From assembly GCA_050951805.1 (NCBI GenBank), contig JBMNJT010000002.1, positions 1,408,001 to 1,472,000 on the forward strand: a stretch of DNA of 64,000 nt, in the 5' to 3' direction. Each line of letters begins with the position of its first letter. The first letter of the stretch is position 1. Source of the stretch: Bacillota bacterium (lineage in GTDB: Bacteria; Bacillota; DTU025). Below, one piece after another: positions 52,187 through 61,878 of the stretch. Under the pieces are notes generated by a model that was not told the DNA's origin, did no database searches, and saw only the letters and a list, made by a program, of their open reading frames with translations. Both the position numbers and the translations under genes were made by a program.

Positions 52187-53569
52187 TCATGTAGTCCTTT
52201 CTATGCTGCCCCTCACAAACCCTTCATCTGCCTCGGATATGCGTACACCCACAATGTCGCCGGGGAGCGCCGGCCCGTCGGCGTAGACCCGCACGTAATT
52301 CGGAGTAAGGCCCTCAAATTGACTCTGCTCGGCCTGCTCAACCAGGACAGGCATGACACGACCGACCAGTCCTCGGTGGAATTGGAGAGACAACTCGCGC
52401 CCCAGCCCTATCAGCTCAGCGCTCCTCCTCTCCTTCTCCTTCCTCGGGACCTGCCTGGACAGGCCGGAAGCGACAGTGCCTCTGCGACGCGAATACTGAA
52501 ATACGTGCATTCTCGAAAACCCCAGTCGCTGGCAGGCATCGCAAGTAGCCTGAAAAGCCTCTTCGTCCTCGCCAGGGAAGCCAACTATGACGTCAGTCGT
52601 AACCGCTAGGTCGGATATGCGCTCTCTCGCCATCGCAACTACATCCTGGTAATGCGACATAGTGTAGCGGCGATTCATCCGTGAAAGCACCTTGTCGCTG
52701 CCTGACTGGAGCGGAATATGCAGATGGGGACAGATGACATCGCTTTTAGCCATCACATCGATCAGTTTTTCGCTCACATCAGTTGGATCCACCGAGCTCA
52801 AGCGGACTCTGGCTACGCCGTCCACGTTCGCAGCCGCCGCAAGAACATCCGCAAGGTCGGGGGATCCCCCAAAATCCCGACCATATGCACCCATGTCTAT
52901 CCCCGTAAGCACCACTTCCTTGTATCCTTGAACAACGAAGCGCTCGATCTCCCTGCGAATCCTCTCCAGTTCCCTGCTACGCACAGGCCCTCTCACGTAA
53001 GGAACCTTGCAGTAGGAGCAAAAATTCTCGCATCCATCCTCAATCTTCACATACGCACGAGCACGTTCGGTCCACCCGTCAGCCGGAAGCTCTTCATAGC
53101 CTCCGAAAACACATGTATCTTCCACGAGCACCTTTGGGACTCGATTCGCCCCTTTGGGTCTAAATGAACCGTGGGTGTCTTCCGCCGCTGCATCATGATC
53201 CCCTGTCGTCTCCAGCCCTCTGGAATCCTTTTCGAAATCAAGCACGGCTTCGACGATTCTCGCTCGGTCATATGTTCCAGAGACCACGTATACCCCAGGA
53301 AGCGCCGCAACCTCTTCGGGCGAAGCTTGCGCATAGCAGCCCGCAGCAACTATCAGAGCATCCGGATTCTTCGAGTTGGCCCTCCGTATGAGCTGCCTCG
53401 ATTTCTTATCGCCCATCTGAGTAACAGTGCACGTGTTTATCACATACACGTCGGCGACATCTTCGAAGGGCACAACCGCAAATCCGGCTCTCCTGAATTC
53501 CCCTGCGATCGCTTCGGAATCGTATTGATTCACCTTGCACCCAAGTGTTGCTATGGCGACTGTCCGCAC
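52187..53569 (-). CDS. mtaB: tRNA t6A37 methylthiotransferase
   Basis: TLGCKVNQYDS, NTCTVT, radical SAM motif CENFCSYC, TRAM domain. RBS GGGAGGT precedes GTG at 53569. Confidence 0.93.
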   Translation of the reverse strand: MRTVAIATLGCKVNQYDSEAIAGEFRRAGFAVVPFEDVADVYVINTCTVTQMGDKKSRQLIRRANSKNPDALIVAAGCYAQASPEEVAALPGVYVVSGTYDRARIVEAVLDFEKDSRGLETTGDHDAAAEDTHGSFRPKGANRVPKVLVEDTCVFGGYEELPADGWTERARAYVKIEDGCENFCSYCKVPYVRGPVRSRELERIRREIERFVVQGYKEVVLTGIDMGAYGRDFGGSPDLADVLAAAANVDGVARVRLSSVDPTDVSEKLIDVMAKSDVICPHLHIPLQSGSDKVLSRMNRRYTMSHYQDVVAMARERISDLAVTTDVIVGFPGEDEEAFQATCDACQRLGFSRMHVFQYSRRRGTVASGLSRQVPRKEKERRSAELIGLGRELSLQFHRGLVGRVMPVLVEQAEQSQFEGLTPNYVRVYADGPALPGDIVGVRISEADEGFVRGSIERTT

Positions 53570-53685
53570 CCGAAAGATACCTCCCAAATGTGCATGGCAT
53601 GTCCGGTCTCCTGCCGAAGACTGGCCCACTTGACGCCTCCGTTGCCTACAAGAGTCGTGCGCTAAGCGAGTCCTACCCTGTTGTT

Positions 53686-54162
53686 CTATTCTATCATGCC
53701 GGTTCTCCGAAGAGCATTCAGAAGCGGCACACCAAGAGCAAAAACGGCAACTCCCTCGCCTGCAGCCACGAGAAGCATGGTTGCAGGTATCGTCCAGAGG
53801 TGTATCTCCATGCCGACGAGGAACGGAACGTACGTCCCAACGACAATCCCGTTGACGATAATCGGAAAGAAGTAGGCCATTTTGGAATTCCTGAAGCGAT
53901 AGGTGAGCCATGCAGCTATAGCCGTGGCGGCAGTACCGAACACCACATCAAACACGCCCAGGGGACCTGCGACATTTGCAATGAGTGCCCCGCACGCGAG
54001 GCCTATGACTGCTTCCGGCCAGACAATAGGAAGCACTGTTAAGGCCTCAGCCACTCTTACCTGAAAAGCTCTGTATGAAATAGGGGCCAGAAGCAGACAC
54101 AACCCTGCGTACACGCCTGCTATTATCCCGGCGCGCGCTATGGATCTACCATCAAACTTCAT
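53686..54162 (-). CDS. queT: QueT family queuosine-precursor transporter
   Basis: IARAGIIAGVY, QVRVAEAL..LP, G.LIAN, DVVFGTAAT, GE. ATG behind RBS AAAGGAG; ORF is open to 54186. Confidence 0.82.
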   Translation of the reverse strand: MKFDGRSIARAGIIAGVYAGLCLLLAPISYRAFQVRVAEALTVLPIVWPEAVIGLACGALIANVAGPLGVFDVVFGTAATAIAAWLTYRFRNSKMAYFFPIIVNGIVVGTYVPFLVGMEIHLWTIPATMLLVAAGEGVAVFALGVPLLNALRRTGMIE

Positions 54163-54285
54163 CTGCCCTACTCCTTTCGCCAACATCGCACGTACCTAAT
54201 TCTGCGCACATCCCTAGCGCAATACTCGTATGCTGCTTTCAGTCTCCGGTAGAGCTCCACATCCATGCCTGATATGAGGCATGGC

Positions 54286-54768
54286 CTAATAGGGATGCCA
54301 TTTCAACCCCACAGATCCTGCTCCAACCACCCTGCCCGATATGTCAAGAAGAGTCATTCTGCAGCTTGCAGGGTGCAAAGCTCCTGGAAGCCACCATTCA
54401 TTCCTGATCTTCACGCCCTCTGCGCCGAGCACGCCCTTTAAGGGCAATGTCTTCCTGACCACTCCCATGGTCCCGACGAGGGATATTGACTGAGTGAGCT
54501 TTCCGCCTTGTGGAAGGCCCTCGCCCTCAATTCTCTGGCCCTGAGCATCAATATAGTCGAGCCCTATTTCGTCAACAGTAAAGCTCCCTAGGCCGTCAAG
54601 CGTCAATGTGACAGTGCCCTCGATCTCACTTTTATTGAAATCAATCAAAAGTGGATCGGGATTCACTGTTATCCCAATCCTGGCCCGTCCGAGAGTGCAC
54701 CCAGTCATCGTTGTGACCACAACCGTAAGCAACGAAAGCAACAAAAACCCGTCAAGTAGCCGTTTCAT
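54286..54768 (-). CDS. Hypothetical lipoprotein (paralog 2)
   Basis: MKR-hydrophobic-MTG/C lipobox; RBS GGGAGG. Confidence 0.7.
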   Translation of the reverse strand: MKRLLDGFLLLSLLTVVVTTMTGCTLGRARIGITVNPDPLLIDFNKSEIEGTVTLTLDGLGSFTVDEIGLDYIDAQGQRIEGEGLPQGGKLTQSISLVGTMGVVRKTLPLKGVLGAEGVKIRNEWWLPGALHPASCRMTLLDISGRVVGAGSVGLKWHPY

Positions 54769-54918
54769 GAATCCCGCCTCCCATGGCCGCGTACTCGCCC
54801 AACGGCAAACCGCCAGGCGCAGGGCGGATATGATATGAAATAGGGGGCCTGTCGCGGCAGCCCGCGGACAGGAGCCCCTACTACCAGTGATCATCCGATC
54901 ACGTCACATTGCTCTATC

Positions 54919-55380
54919 CTATCTCGCCTCAACCAATCCAACTTCGCATACAAGCGGATTGAGCTGAACGCCCAACCCTGTGCTGGTCAAAGTGAATTGC
55001 GCTTTGGCACCTCTGAACACGCCCTCGTCATCCCATAACACAGCGGGCGCTACTAGACCATCCAGTTCTGCCAGTTCCTGCTTGACTATCTTGCCGAGAG
55101 GCGATACAACGATCATAAGATCATCAACTCTCATCGTTGCCAGCGGCTCATCGTTGCCGCCTTCGAAAAACTTCACTGTCAGGGTGTCATATTTTCCGCC
55201 TGCTAGAAACCCTTTCATCTCCACAGTGATTGTACCGTCAAACTTGGCGTCCCTCACGCAAACAAGCTCTCCGGGAGAAATGCTCATAGCAATCTCTGTC
55301 TTCAGACATCCTGCCGTCATAGAGGCCATGACAAGAACTGCTGCGATGGCAATACCCCTCAAAACATGAGCCCTTTTCAT
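54919..55380 (-). CDS. Hypothetical lipoprotein (paralog 1)
   Basis: MKR-hydrophobic-TAG/C lipobox; RBS GGGAGG. Confidence 0.72.
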   Translation of the reverse strand: MKRAHVLRGIAIAAVLVMASMTAGCLKTEIAMSISPGELVCVRDAKFDGTITVEMKGFLAGGKYDTLTVKFFEGGNDEPLATMRVDDLMIVVSPLGKIVKQELAELDGLVAPAVLWDDEGVFRGAKAQFTLTSTGLGVQLNPLVCEVGLVEAR

Positions 55381-55432
55381 CAATAGACCCTCCCACATGA
55401 CGCAATTGGAACCACAGCATTGCGGTAGGATA

Positions 55433-55459
55433 ATTCTACTAGAAGACCTATATTCCTGC
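55433..55459 (-). promoter_or_regulatory. Putative SigH promoter upstream of the lipoprotein pair
   Basis: GCAGGA-N17-GAAT matches the Firmicutes SigH consensus. Confidence 0.55.
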
Positions 55460-56067
55460 TACTTGTCCCAGATGGGCCTCACTCATCGTGCAAGCAATTA
55501 CGGCGCAATTTTCAAGACATCCCACGATATTCCCTCAAGCTCATTCTGAGCATGTAGGCCTTGCCATGTCGTCGTTTCTTCCAGGAACCTGCTCGGACCC
55601 CCCAAAAAAGCAATTGGGAAGCGTATCGAGCCGAGTTTGTTGCGAGCGGTGTTTCACCATGTACACACCTGTGAGGTGATTTGCCAGGTTTACCAAGGGG
55701 AGGCAGTGATTCTACGGGAATTGCCGCCTCGCAATATCAGTTCCGTCCGGTCTACCTTCAGAGCCGTTCCTTACAGCACCAGCCATGTCCCAACCGTTCA
55801 ACTACGAACGACTGATGGTATCGTCCAGAATAAGAACCTCCCTCGACATTGGCTGTTAATGCAACCGGAGGCGTTTGGAGCGGAGATTTGCGAAACTGGA
55901 CTAAGCACGGCGCCTTACCAAAAAAGAATGCCCCATTTCGATGCCGCGTTCCCGCAGCTGGCATCATAACAGGGCACTGAGAAGTCTTAATACCCTGACC
56001 AAATCGCCAGAGTAAACAGGATAGAGCAAGAGCCAGCCTTCCTGCGCTTCAGCAAATCCGACTCGAC

Positions 56068-56418
56068 TCAGACCGAGGCGACTTGCTCCACTCGACGTTT
56101 CAAAACAGCCAACGGCGTGACTCCCACTACTTTATCCACTGGCTTCCCATTTTTGAAAATGATGACAGTCGGTATGCTCATAATGCCGTATTTCTCGGCT
56201 GTCCGAGGATTCTCATCCACGTTGAGCTTGGCAACTTTGACGATTTCGTCCTTGGCGTGGTATTCTTCCGCCAGCTTATCGATAATAGGGCCCTGCATTC
56301 TGCAAGGTCCGCACCAGGCAGCCCAAAAATCTACTATAGCGACCCCCGAGAAATCGCCTATTTCCGCGCCGAAACTTGCGTCCGTAATCTCAATTGGCGT
56401 GACACTATTTGCCATCAC
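56068..56418 (-). CDS. trxA: Thioredoxin
   Basis: VDFWAAWCGPC, IMSIPT. Confidence 0.96.
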   Translation of the reverse strand: MMANSVTPIEITDASFGAEIGDFSGVAIVDFWAAWCGPCRMQGPIIDKLAEEYHAKDEIVKVAKLNVDENPRTAEKYGIMSIPTVIIFKNGKPVDKVVGVTPLAVLKRRVEQVASV

Positions 56419-56493
56419 ACAGTCAGTCCTCCCTCAAGATCCACCCCACATTGCCCGCGCGATCCCGATCTCTGCATCATTAGTGGCAGCCGT

Positions 56494-56510
56494 ATACGGT
56501 ATGGGGGTAT
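56494..56510. promoter_or_regulatory. Putative CsoR/CstR-family operator in the trxA leader
   Basis: ATAC-GGTATGGGG-GTAT, a 17-bp pseudo-palindrome with a G-tract just downstream of the -10. Confidence 0.5.
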
Positions 56511-56520
56511 CCTCACTTGA

Positions 56521-56549
56521 ATTATAGATCCATGGTCGAAAGGTGTCAA
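56521..56549 (-). promoter_or_regulatory. SigA promoter of trxA
   Basis: Perfect TTGACA-N17-TATAAT. Confidence 0.82.
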
Positions 56550-56604
56550 CAGATTCTGCAAACCTAAAGCAGCACGGCATTTTTCGCATCTTCCAAGGCT
56601 TATT

Positions 56605-57357
56605 CTACCCAAGTTCTCCCATGTGATAGAGGATAATTGCAGCGACTACCGGACCTGCTGTCTCCGTGCGCAGGATCCTCTGCCCCAAGGTAACAGTTGT
56701 CGCGCCATGGGCGCGGGCGTATTCAACTTCGGCATGGGAGAAACCTCCTTCTGGGCCAATGAAAAAGCCCACACTAGGGAATGACGAAGGATTGAGCTCG
56801 GAGAGGGCCTGATGCAGACTGTACTCCTGTTCGAGCTCCCATGGAAACACCATGAGAGCACCTTCATGGCGCAACATCTCTATCGCTGACTTGAGAGTGC
56901 CTATGTCAGCAACTAGTGGAATCGCTTCGCGCCCGCTCTGCTTCGCCGCCTCCTCCGCAATTCGCCTCCATCGCGCCATCCTTCGATCGGCAGAAGCTCC
57001 GTCAGGCCTCAGCACACTCCGTTCAGACATGACTGGAATGATCCTTGCAATCCCTATCTCCGTGCACTTTTGTATGATCCCGTCCATCTTGTCAGCCTTC
57101 GGTAATCCCTGGACCAACGTGATGGGCACGTGAGGTTCCGATACACCCGAATCACACATGCTCTCTATTCTGGCTTCGACAGTCGTCTCGCGGGTTGCCG
57201 TAATCCGCGCCACATATCGGCGGCCCACTCCATCGACTACGACAATGGCATCGCCAAGCTTCAGACGAAGTGCCTTCACGATATGGCGCGCGTCTCTTCC
57301 TGATATTGTCACCAGATCGCCTGATATAGCATCGCATCCAACAAAGAACCTGCGCAT
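56605..57357 (-). CDS. rsmE: 16S rRNA m3U1498 methyltransferase
   Basis: MRRFF, KCTEIG, EAAKQSGR, IGPEGGF, LGQRILRTETA. Confidence 0.96.
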   Translation of the reverse strand: MRRFFVGCDAISGDLVTISGRDARHIVKALRLKLGDAIVVVDGVGRRYVARITATRETTVEARIESMCDSGVSEPHVPITLVQGLPKADKMDGIIQKCTEIGIARIIPVMSERSVLRPDGASADRRMARWRRIAEEAAKQSGREAIPLVADIGTLKSAIEMLRHEGALMVFPWELEQEYSLHQALSELNPSSFPSVGFFIGPEGGFSHAEVEYARAHGATTVTLGQRILRTETAGPVVAAIILYHMGELG

Positions 57358-57358
57358 T

Positions 57359-58297
57359 TCAACCCTCCGAAACCAACGTCACCCAATCTTCGAACTGCAG
57401 GCGATCGATGACGCTGTGGCCAACAGACTCCAGAGCCCGCCGCACCGATTCCTCCTGTTTTGCCACGAACCCCGATGATATGAACTTGCCCTTCGGATAC
57501 AGGAGGCGTGGAACGTCGGACGCAAGGCGCGCGACCACGCCTGCAAGAATGTTGGCGACTACCACATCATACCTTTCAGAGATGCCTGACGCAAGGTCAC
57601 CAAGACCTATTGAAACTACATGAGAAACCTTATTCTCGTCCACATTCGAACGAGCTACAGCCACCGCAACTGAATCGCTATCTACGCCGTAAACCCGAGC
57701 GGCTCCCAATTTCGCTGCGGCTATGGACAGAATCCCCGATCCACATCCGATATCCAGCACGCGCACACCGGGCACAACATGACTTTCTATCGCGGCGAGC
57801 GCGCCTCTGGTCGATTCGTGTTGCCCTGTCCCAAAAGCTTCACCCGGATCGAGCAATATCACCACCTCCCCTTCACGGGGAGAATAATCGACCCATGACG
57901 GCACAACAACTATTCTATCGCCCACATGCTCTACTTTATAGTGAGACTTCCACGCCGCTGCCCAGTTGGAGTTCTCCACCTGCCTCAGCATGATAGTTGG
58001 GCACGGTAGACACCCGCCCTTTAGGGCCCACATCTCTTCAAGGCCCCTCTTTATGGTACCGATTCGCCGCTCGAGGAGATCATCGACGGGGAAATAAGCT
58101 ATAACCCGCGTGGGCCCGCCAAAGCACGCACCTTCGGGGTACAACGCCGCCTCGCTACCCTCCGCAACGGCCATGCTATCAGTAATCAATGAGGGGCCGG
58201 TGAAAGCCACTCCACCCGCCCCCGCCATTCGAAATACCTCAGCCACCATTTCGGAATCTTCGTCCGATACCTCACACGAGACTTCAGCCCAAATCAC
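57359..58297 (-). CDS. prmA: Ribosomal protein L11 methyltransferase
   Basis: LDPGEAFGTGQHEST, LDIGCGSGILSI, VANILA. Confidence 0.95.
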   Translation of the reverse strand: MIWAEVSCEVSDEDSEMVAEVFRMAGAGGVAFTGPSLITDSMAVAEGSEAALYPEGACFGGPTRVIAYFPVDDLLERRIGTIKRGLEEMWALKGGCLPCPTIMLRQVENSNWAAAWKSHYKVEHVGDRIVVVPSWVDYSPREGEVVILLDPGEAFGTGQHESTRGALAAIESHVVPGVRVLDIGCGSGILSIAAAKLGAARVYGVDSDSVAVAVARSNVDENKVSHVVSIGLGDLASGISERYDVVVANILAGVVARLASDVPRLLYPKGKFISSGFVAKQEESVRRALESVGHSVIDRLQFEDWVTLVSEG

Positions 58298-58311
58298 ATC
58301 GATACACCGCC

Positions 58312-59466
58312 TTACGACTTGTCCCGTCTGTGAAGTACCTTCCCCCACCTAGACTGCTTTTTGCCCCCGGTCTCACCAGCGCTGGCGCCTTGGATCTGTG
58401 CAAGTTCCCGAAGAAGCTCCTCTTCTCTTTCGCTCAGCTTCTGTGGAGTAACAACTCGCACCGTCACGATCATATCTCCCCTAGCAAACCCGCGCAAAAT
58501 TGGCATCCCTTTGCCACGTTGGCGAAACTCTTCACCTGTCTGAGTTCCTCGGGGGATGTTAATCGTCATCTTAGACCCGTCGATAGTCGGAACAACGATC
58601 TCGCCGCCCAGGGCCAGTTGGGGAAATGAAACAGGCACTTCTATTCTTAAATCGTTTCCGTCTCGCTTAAACACGCTATGGGGCTTTACTTTAATATAGA
58701 CGTACAGATCACCGGGGAGGCCTCCCCGGAGTCCCGCATCGCCTGCACCCCTGATCCGCACCCTCGACCCACTATCCACTCCTGCGGGAACATTCACCTC
58801 TATGCGCTCTGTTTTCTTGACGCAACCAGCGCCTCCGCAATCATTGCACGGAAAGTCCACGATTGTCCCCTCGCCACGGCACTTAGGACACGTTGTTACC
58901 CTGGTGAAGGTGCCAAAAGCCGTTCTGCTCATCGAATGGACCTGTCCGCGTCCTGCGCATTCAGGACATGTCGTCCGAGAAGTTCCCGGCTCCATCCCCT
59001 CGCCGCCACATCGTTCACACATGGTCATCCTGTCGACACTGATCTCCTTGTTGACCCCTGTGGCCGCTTCCTCCAGCGTTATTTCGACAGTTGCCTTGAG
59101 GTCATGCCCTCTCACAGGTCCCCGCGATTCTGGATACGCAGCACGCGTAAACGGGGAATCGCCGAAAAATGCATCAAAAATACTGCCGAACGGGTCAAAT
59201 CCTCCAAAATCCTGGCTCCATCCACCGCCGGCAACTCCGTCCTCATGTCCGTATCTATCATACCTAGCTCGCTTTTGGGGATCAGAGAGCACCTGATAGG
59301 CTTCGTTAATCTCCTTGAACTTCGCTTCAGCCGAGGAGTCATTGGGGTTCACATCCGGGTGCCACTTGCGGGCAAGATCCCAGTATGCCTTCTTTATCTC
59401 CTCGTCAGATGCGTTTCTTTCAACCCCTAAAACCTCATAGTAATCCCGGTTGCCCGTAGCAAACAC
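58312..59466 (-). CDS. dnaJ: Chaperone DnaJ (class A)
   Basis: J domain (DYYEVLG, HPD), G/F region and four CxxCxGxG repeats. Confidence 0.97.
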   Translation of the reverse strand: MFATGNRDYYEVLGVERNASDEEIKKAYWDLARKWHPDVNPNDSSAEAKFKEINEAYQVLSDPQKRARYDRYGHEDGVAGGGWSQDFGGFDPFGSIFDAFFGDSPFTRAAYPESRGPVRGHDLKATVEITLEEAATGVNKEISVDRMTMCERCGGEGMEPGTSRTTCPECAGRGQVHSMSRTAFGTFTRVTTCPKCRGEGTIVDFPCNDCGGAGCVKKTERIEVNVPAGVDSGSRVRIRGAGDAGLRGGLPGDLYVYIKVKPHSVFKRDGNDLRIEVPVSFPQLALGGEIVVPTIDGSKMTINIPRGTQTGEEFRQRGKGMPILRGFARGDMIVTVRVVTPQKLSEREEELLRELAQIQGASAGETGGKKQSRWGKVLHRRDKS

Positions 59467-59479
59467 CGCCTCGTCCGCG

Positions 59480-60532
59480 CTATTTAATTGACTGAGTTCG
59501 AGTCAGCAAATCCGAAAGGCTTTCCGCTATGTGAGCCACCAATGCTATCGTAAGGGAGTAGTCAATCCTGGTTGGCCCCACTACTGCGATGGTGCCCACC
59601 ACCTGGCCGCGTATTCCGTAAGGGGCACAAATCACGCTGCATTCCCTCAGTTCTTCCCTTGTGTTTTCAGAACCGATAGTCACCTGCGCCCCACCCAGCC
59701 CCCTGGACGCAGACCCTGAAAGTTCAGTCAATACCAGGTCATCCGATTCAAGAAACTCCAGAATCGGCCTGGCGCGTTCGATTTCGCTGAACTCCGGTTG
59801 GCCGAGGAGCTTCATCAAGCCGTCCACATAAACCCTGTTCTCATCTGATGATCTGATAGCAGAGAGCAACAGCTCAAACATCTGTTCCAGGAAGGATGCG
59901 TAAGCGTCCAGGTCCGACAGGATATCCCTCAACACCTTTCCACGCATCTGCGAAAGCGACCTTCCGCGCAGCCTGTGGTTGAGCATCCGCGACATATTCT
60001 CAAGGTCGACGGGGTTCATCTCATGCTCAATCGAAAGGATTTTATGCTCCACAAGACCTGCGTTGGTGACGACTAGCACCAATATGCTATCGGAACTGAA
60101 AGGAACCAACTGAATGTGGCGAATCTCAGCCGTTTTCACTCCCGGACCTATCACTATGGACGCACAGTTCGAAAGCTCTCCCAACACCTTCGCAGTGGCC
60201 CTGATCAATGATTGTATCTCATCGCTGCGCTTTGCGCATTCTGCCCTGATCTTTTTTTCCTCGAGGCCAGTCAGATTCCGCTCAGGCATGAGAGAGTCAA
60301 CGTAGAACCGGTAACCTTTATCGGACGGAATCCTGCCTGCCGAAACATGCGGCTGCTCGAGATAACCTTCCTCCTCCAGGTCAGCCATTTCATTCCTTAT
60401 CGTCGCAGAACTGACTCCAAGTCCGTATTTTCTGGCGATGGTTCTTGAGCCCACCGGTTCAGCCGTTGATATGTAGTCATCGGTCACAGCTCGCAGTATA
60501 GCCTTTTTCCTGTCCGCCATGTTCTCAGCCAT
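59480..60532 (-). CDS. hrcA: Heat-inducible transcription repressor HrcA
   Basis: [37 protein letters not shown]. Confidence 0.97.
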   Translation of the reverse strand: MAENMADRKKAILRAVTDDYISTAEPVGSRTIARKYGLGVSSATIRNEMADLEEEGYLEQPHVSAGRIPSDKGYRFYVDSLMPERNLTGLEEKKIRAECAKRSDEIQSLIRATAKVLGELSNCASIVIGPGVKTAEIRHIQLVPFSSDSILVLVVTNAGLVEHKILSIEHEMNPVDLENMSRMLNHRLRGRSLSQMRGKVLRDILSDLDAYASFLEQMFELLLSAIRSSDENRVYVDGLMKLLGQPEFSEIERARPILEFLESDDLVLTELSGSASRGLGGAQVTIGSENTREELRECSVICAPYGIRGQVVGTIAVVGPTRIDYSLTIALVAHIAESLSDLLTRTQSIK

Positions 60533-60598
60533 CGCTCTCACCCCACTCTCAATTTTACCAGCCTCTGCACGCCCCAACGCCACGATAACCCAGGTCGT

Positions 60599-60625
60599 TT
60601 AGCACTCACAGTAGTCGAGTGCTAA
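60599..60625. promoter_or_regulatory. CIRCE element (HrcA operator)
   Basis: Perfect TTAGCACTC-N9-GAGTGCTAA. Confidence 0.97.
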
Positions 60626-60629
60626 AAAC

Positions 60630-60658
60630 AACATAACATCACAGTTCGGCCCTGTCAA
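60630..60658 (-). promoter_or_regulatory. SigA promoter of hrcA
   Basis: TTGACA-N17-TATGTT with extended TG, immediately upstream of CIRCE. Confidence 0.75.
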
Positions 60659-61878
60659 GACTGAGCACTATCTCCACAGTCAACACACTCTGAGAACACC
60701 AGGTTCCCAAGGAGGAATCCTCTAGGAGTAAGTCTCACTTTGCCACCAGAGAAGTTGACAAGCCCTTTCTCTGCCAAGTCTGCGAACCTTGCGCCGTACT
60801 CTCCCAACAAGTCTTCCCCATAAAGACGCCCTATGGAAACGAGGTCAATCCCTTCCGACATGCGCAACCCCAACATCAATCTGTCCTGGGCTTCCTCGAA
60901 AGCCGTTCGCTCCTCGAACCCAGACAGCGCCCGCGTCCCTTCGGATATCGAAGCAACGTACTTGTCCACCGACTCCACATTCCACGACCTGACCGATCCC
61001 CCCGCCCCGGCAGGCAGATGCGAATGGGCGGCCACCCCAAGTCCGACATAATACCCGCAAGTCCAGTACCGAATGTTATGCACGCTTTCGAAGCCTGGAA
61101 TCGCAAAATTCGAGACCTCATACCTTACGTACCCTGCATCTTCCACACGGGAAACCAGCCACTCATAGAACTCGGCCACCAAGTCGTCATCGGGCACCGT
61201 CTGCACGCCCGAAGCTATAGCTCGAGCCAACACAGTGCCCTCTTCAACCGAAAGACAGTATGCAGACAGGTGCTGCGGTCCAAGGGATATCACCGCATCT
61301 AAAGTCTGAGCCAATGACTGACCGGTCTGTCCTGGCGCCCCTAAAATCAGATCCACACTGACATTATCAAACCCTGCTTCACGCGCCCACTCATAGGCAC
61401 GCAAACAGTCTTCTGGCGAATGCACGCGTCCCAATGAAGCTAACTCGCGCGCATCCAAGGACTGAAATCCGAGAGAAAGGCGATTAACTCCGCTCTGCCG
61501 GAGGGCAGCAAGCCCGCGGGGATCCACAGTGCCCGGATTAGCTTCCACAGTCGTCTCCAGATCCGCAGAATCGAAGCCTCCGTATGTTGGATCCGAAGCG
61601 TTGATCTTTTCCACCTCTGCGATGAGCGTGCTGACGAAGGGAGCCAGCTTCTGCCAGGGAACACACGTTGGGGTTCCGCCCCCTACATATAGCGTAGTAA
61701 TGGGACGTATCTGTTCCAATTCCGTCTTTCTCAGGCGCAACTCGTCAACGACTGAAGACAAATACGCCTCCATGACTTGGATATTATCACCTGCAGGATA
61801 TGATATGAAATCACAGTAGCTGCACTTGCGTACGCAAAACGGCACGTGGACATAGACTCCCCCCGAATTCTGGTTCAT
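60655..61878 (-). CDS. hemW: Radical SAM heme chaperone HemW (HemN-like)
   Basis: [44 protein letters not shown]; located between lepA and hrcA. Confidence 0.92.
   Translation of the reverse strand: MNQNSGGVYVHVPFCVRKCSYCDFISYPAGDNIQVMEAYLSSVVDELRLRKTELEQIRPITTLYVGGGTPTCVPWQKLAPFVSTLIAEVEKINASDPTYGGFDSADLETTVEANPGTVDPRGLAALRQSGVNRLSLGFQSLDARELASLGRVHSPEDCLRAYEWAREAGFDNVSVDLILGAPGQTGQSLAQTLDAVISLGPQHLSAYCLSVEEGTVLARAIASGVQTVPDDDLVAEFYEWLVSRVEDAGYVRYEVSNFAIPGFESVHNIRYWTCGYYVGLGVAAHSHLPAGAGGSVRSWNVESVDKYVASISEGTRALSGFEERTAFEEAQDRLMLGLRMSEGIDLVSIGRLYGEDLLGEYGARFADLAEKGLVNFSGGKVRLTPRGFLLGNLVFSECVDCGDSAQS

Noticed and set aside
53570-53911. Apparent 114-aa N-terminal extension of MtaB
   Set aside because: It overlaps queT in another frame, and a good RBS plus GTG at 53569 gives the canonical N-terminus.
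54187-54285. Possible preQ1 riboswitch upstream of queT
   Set aside because: No AGAGGUUC...CCCUC stem-loop or A-rich tail; only a generic hairpin (CCATGCCT...AGGCATGG).
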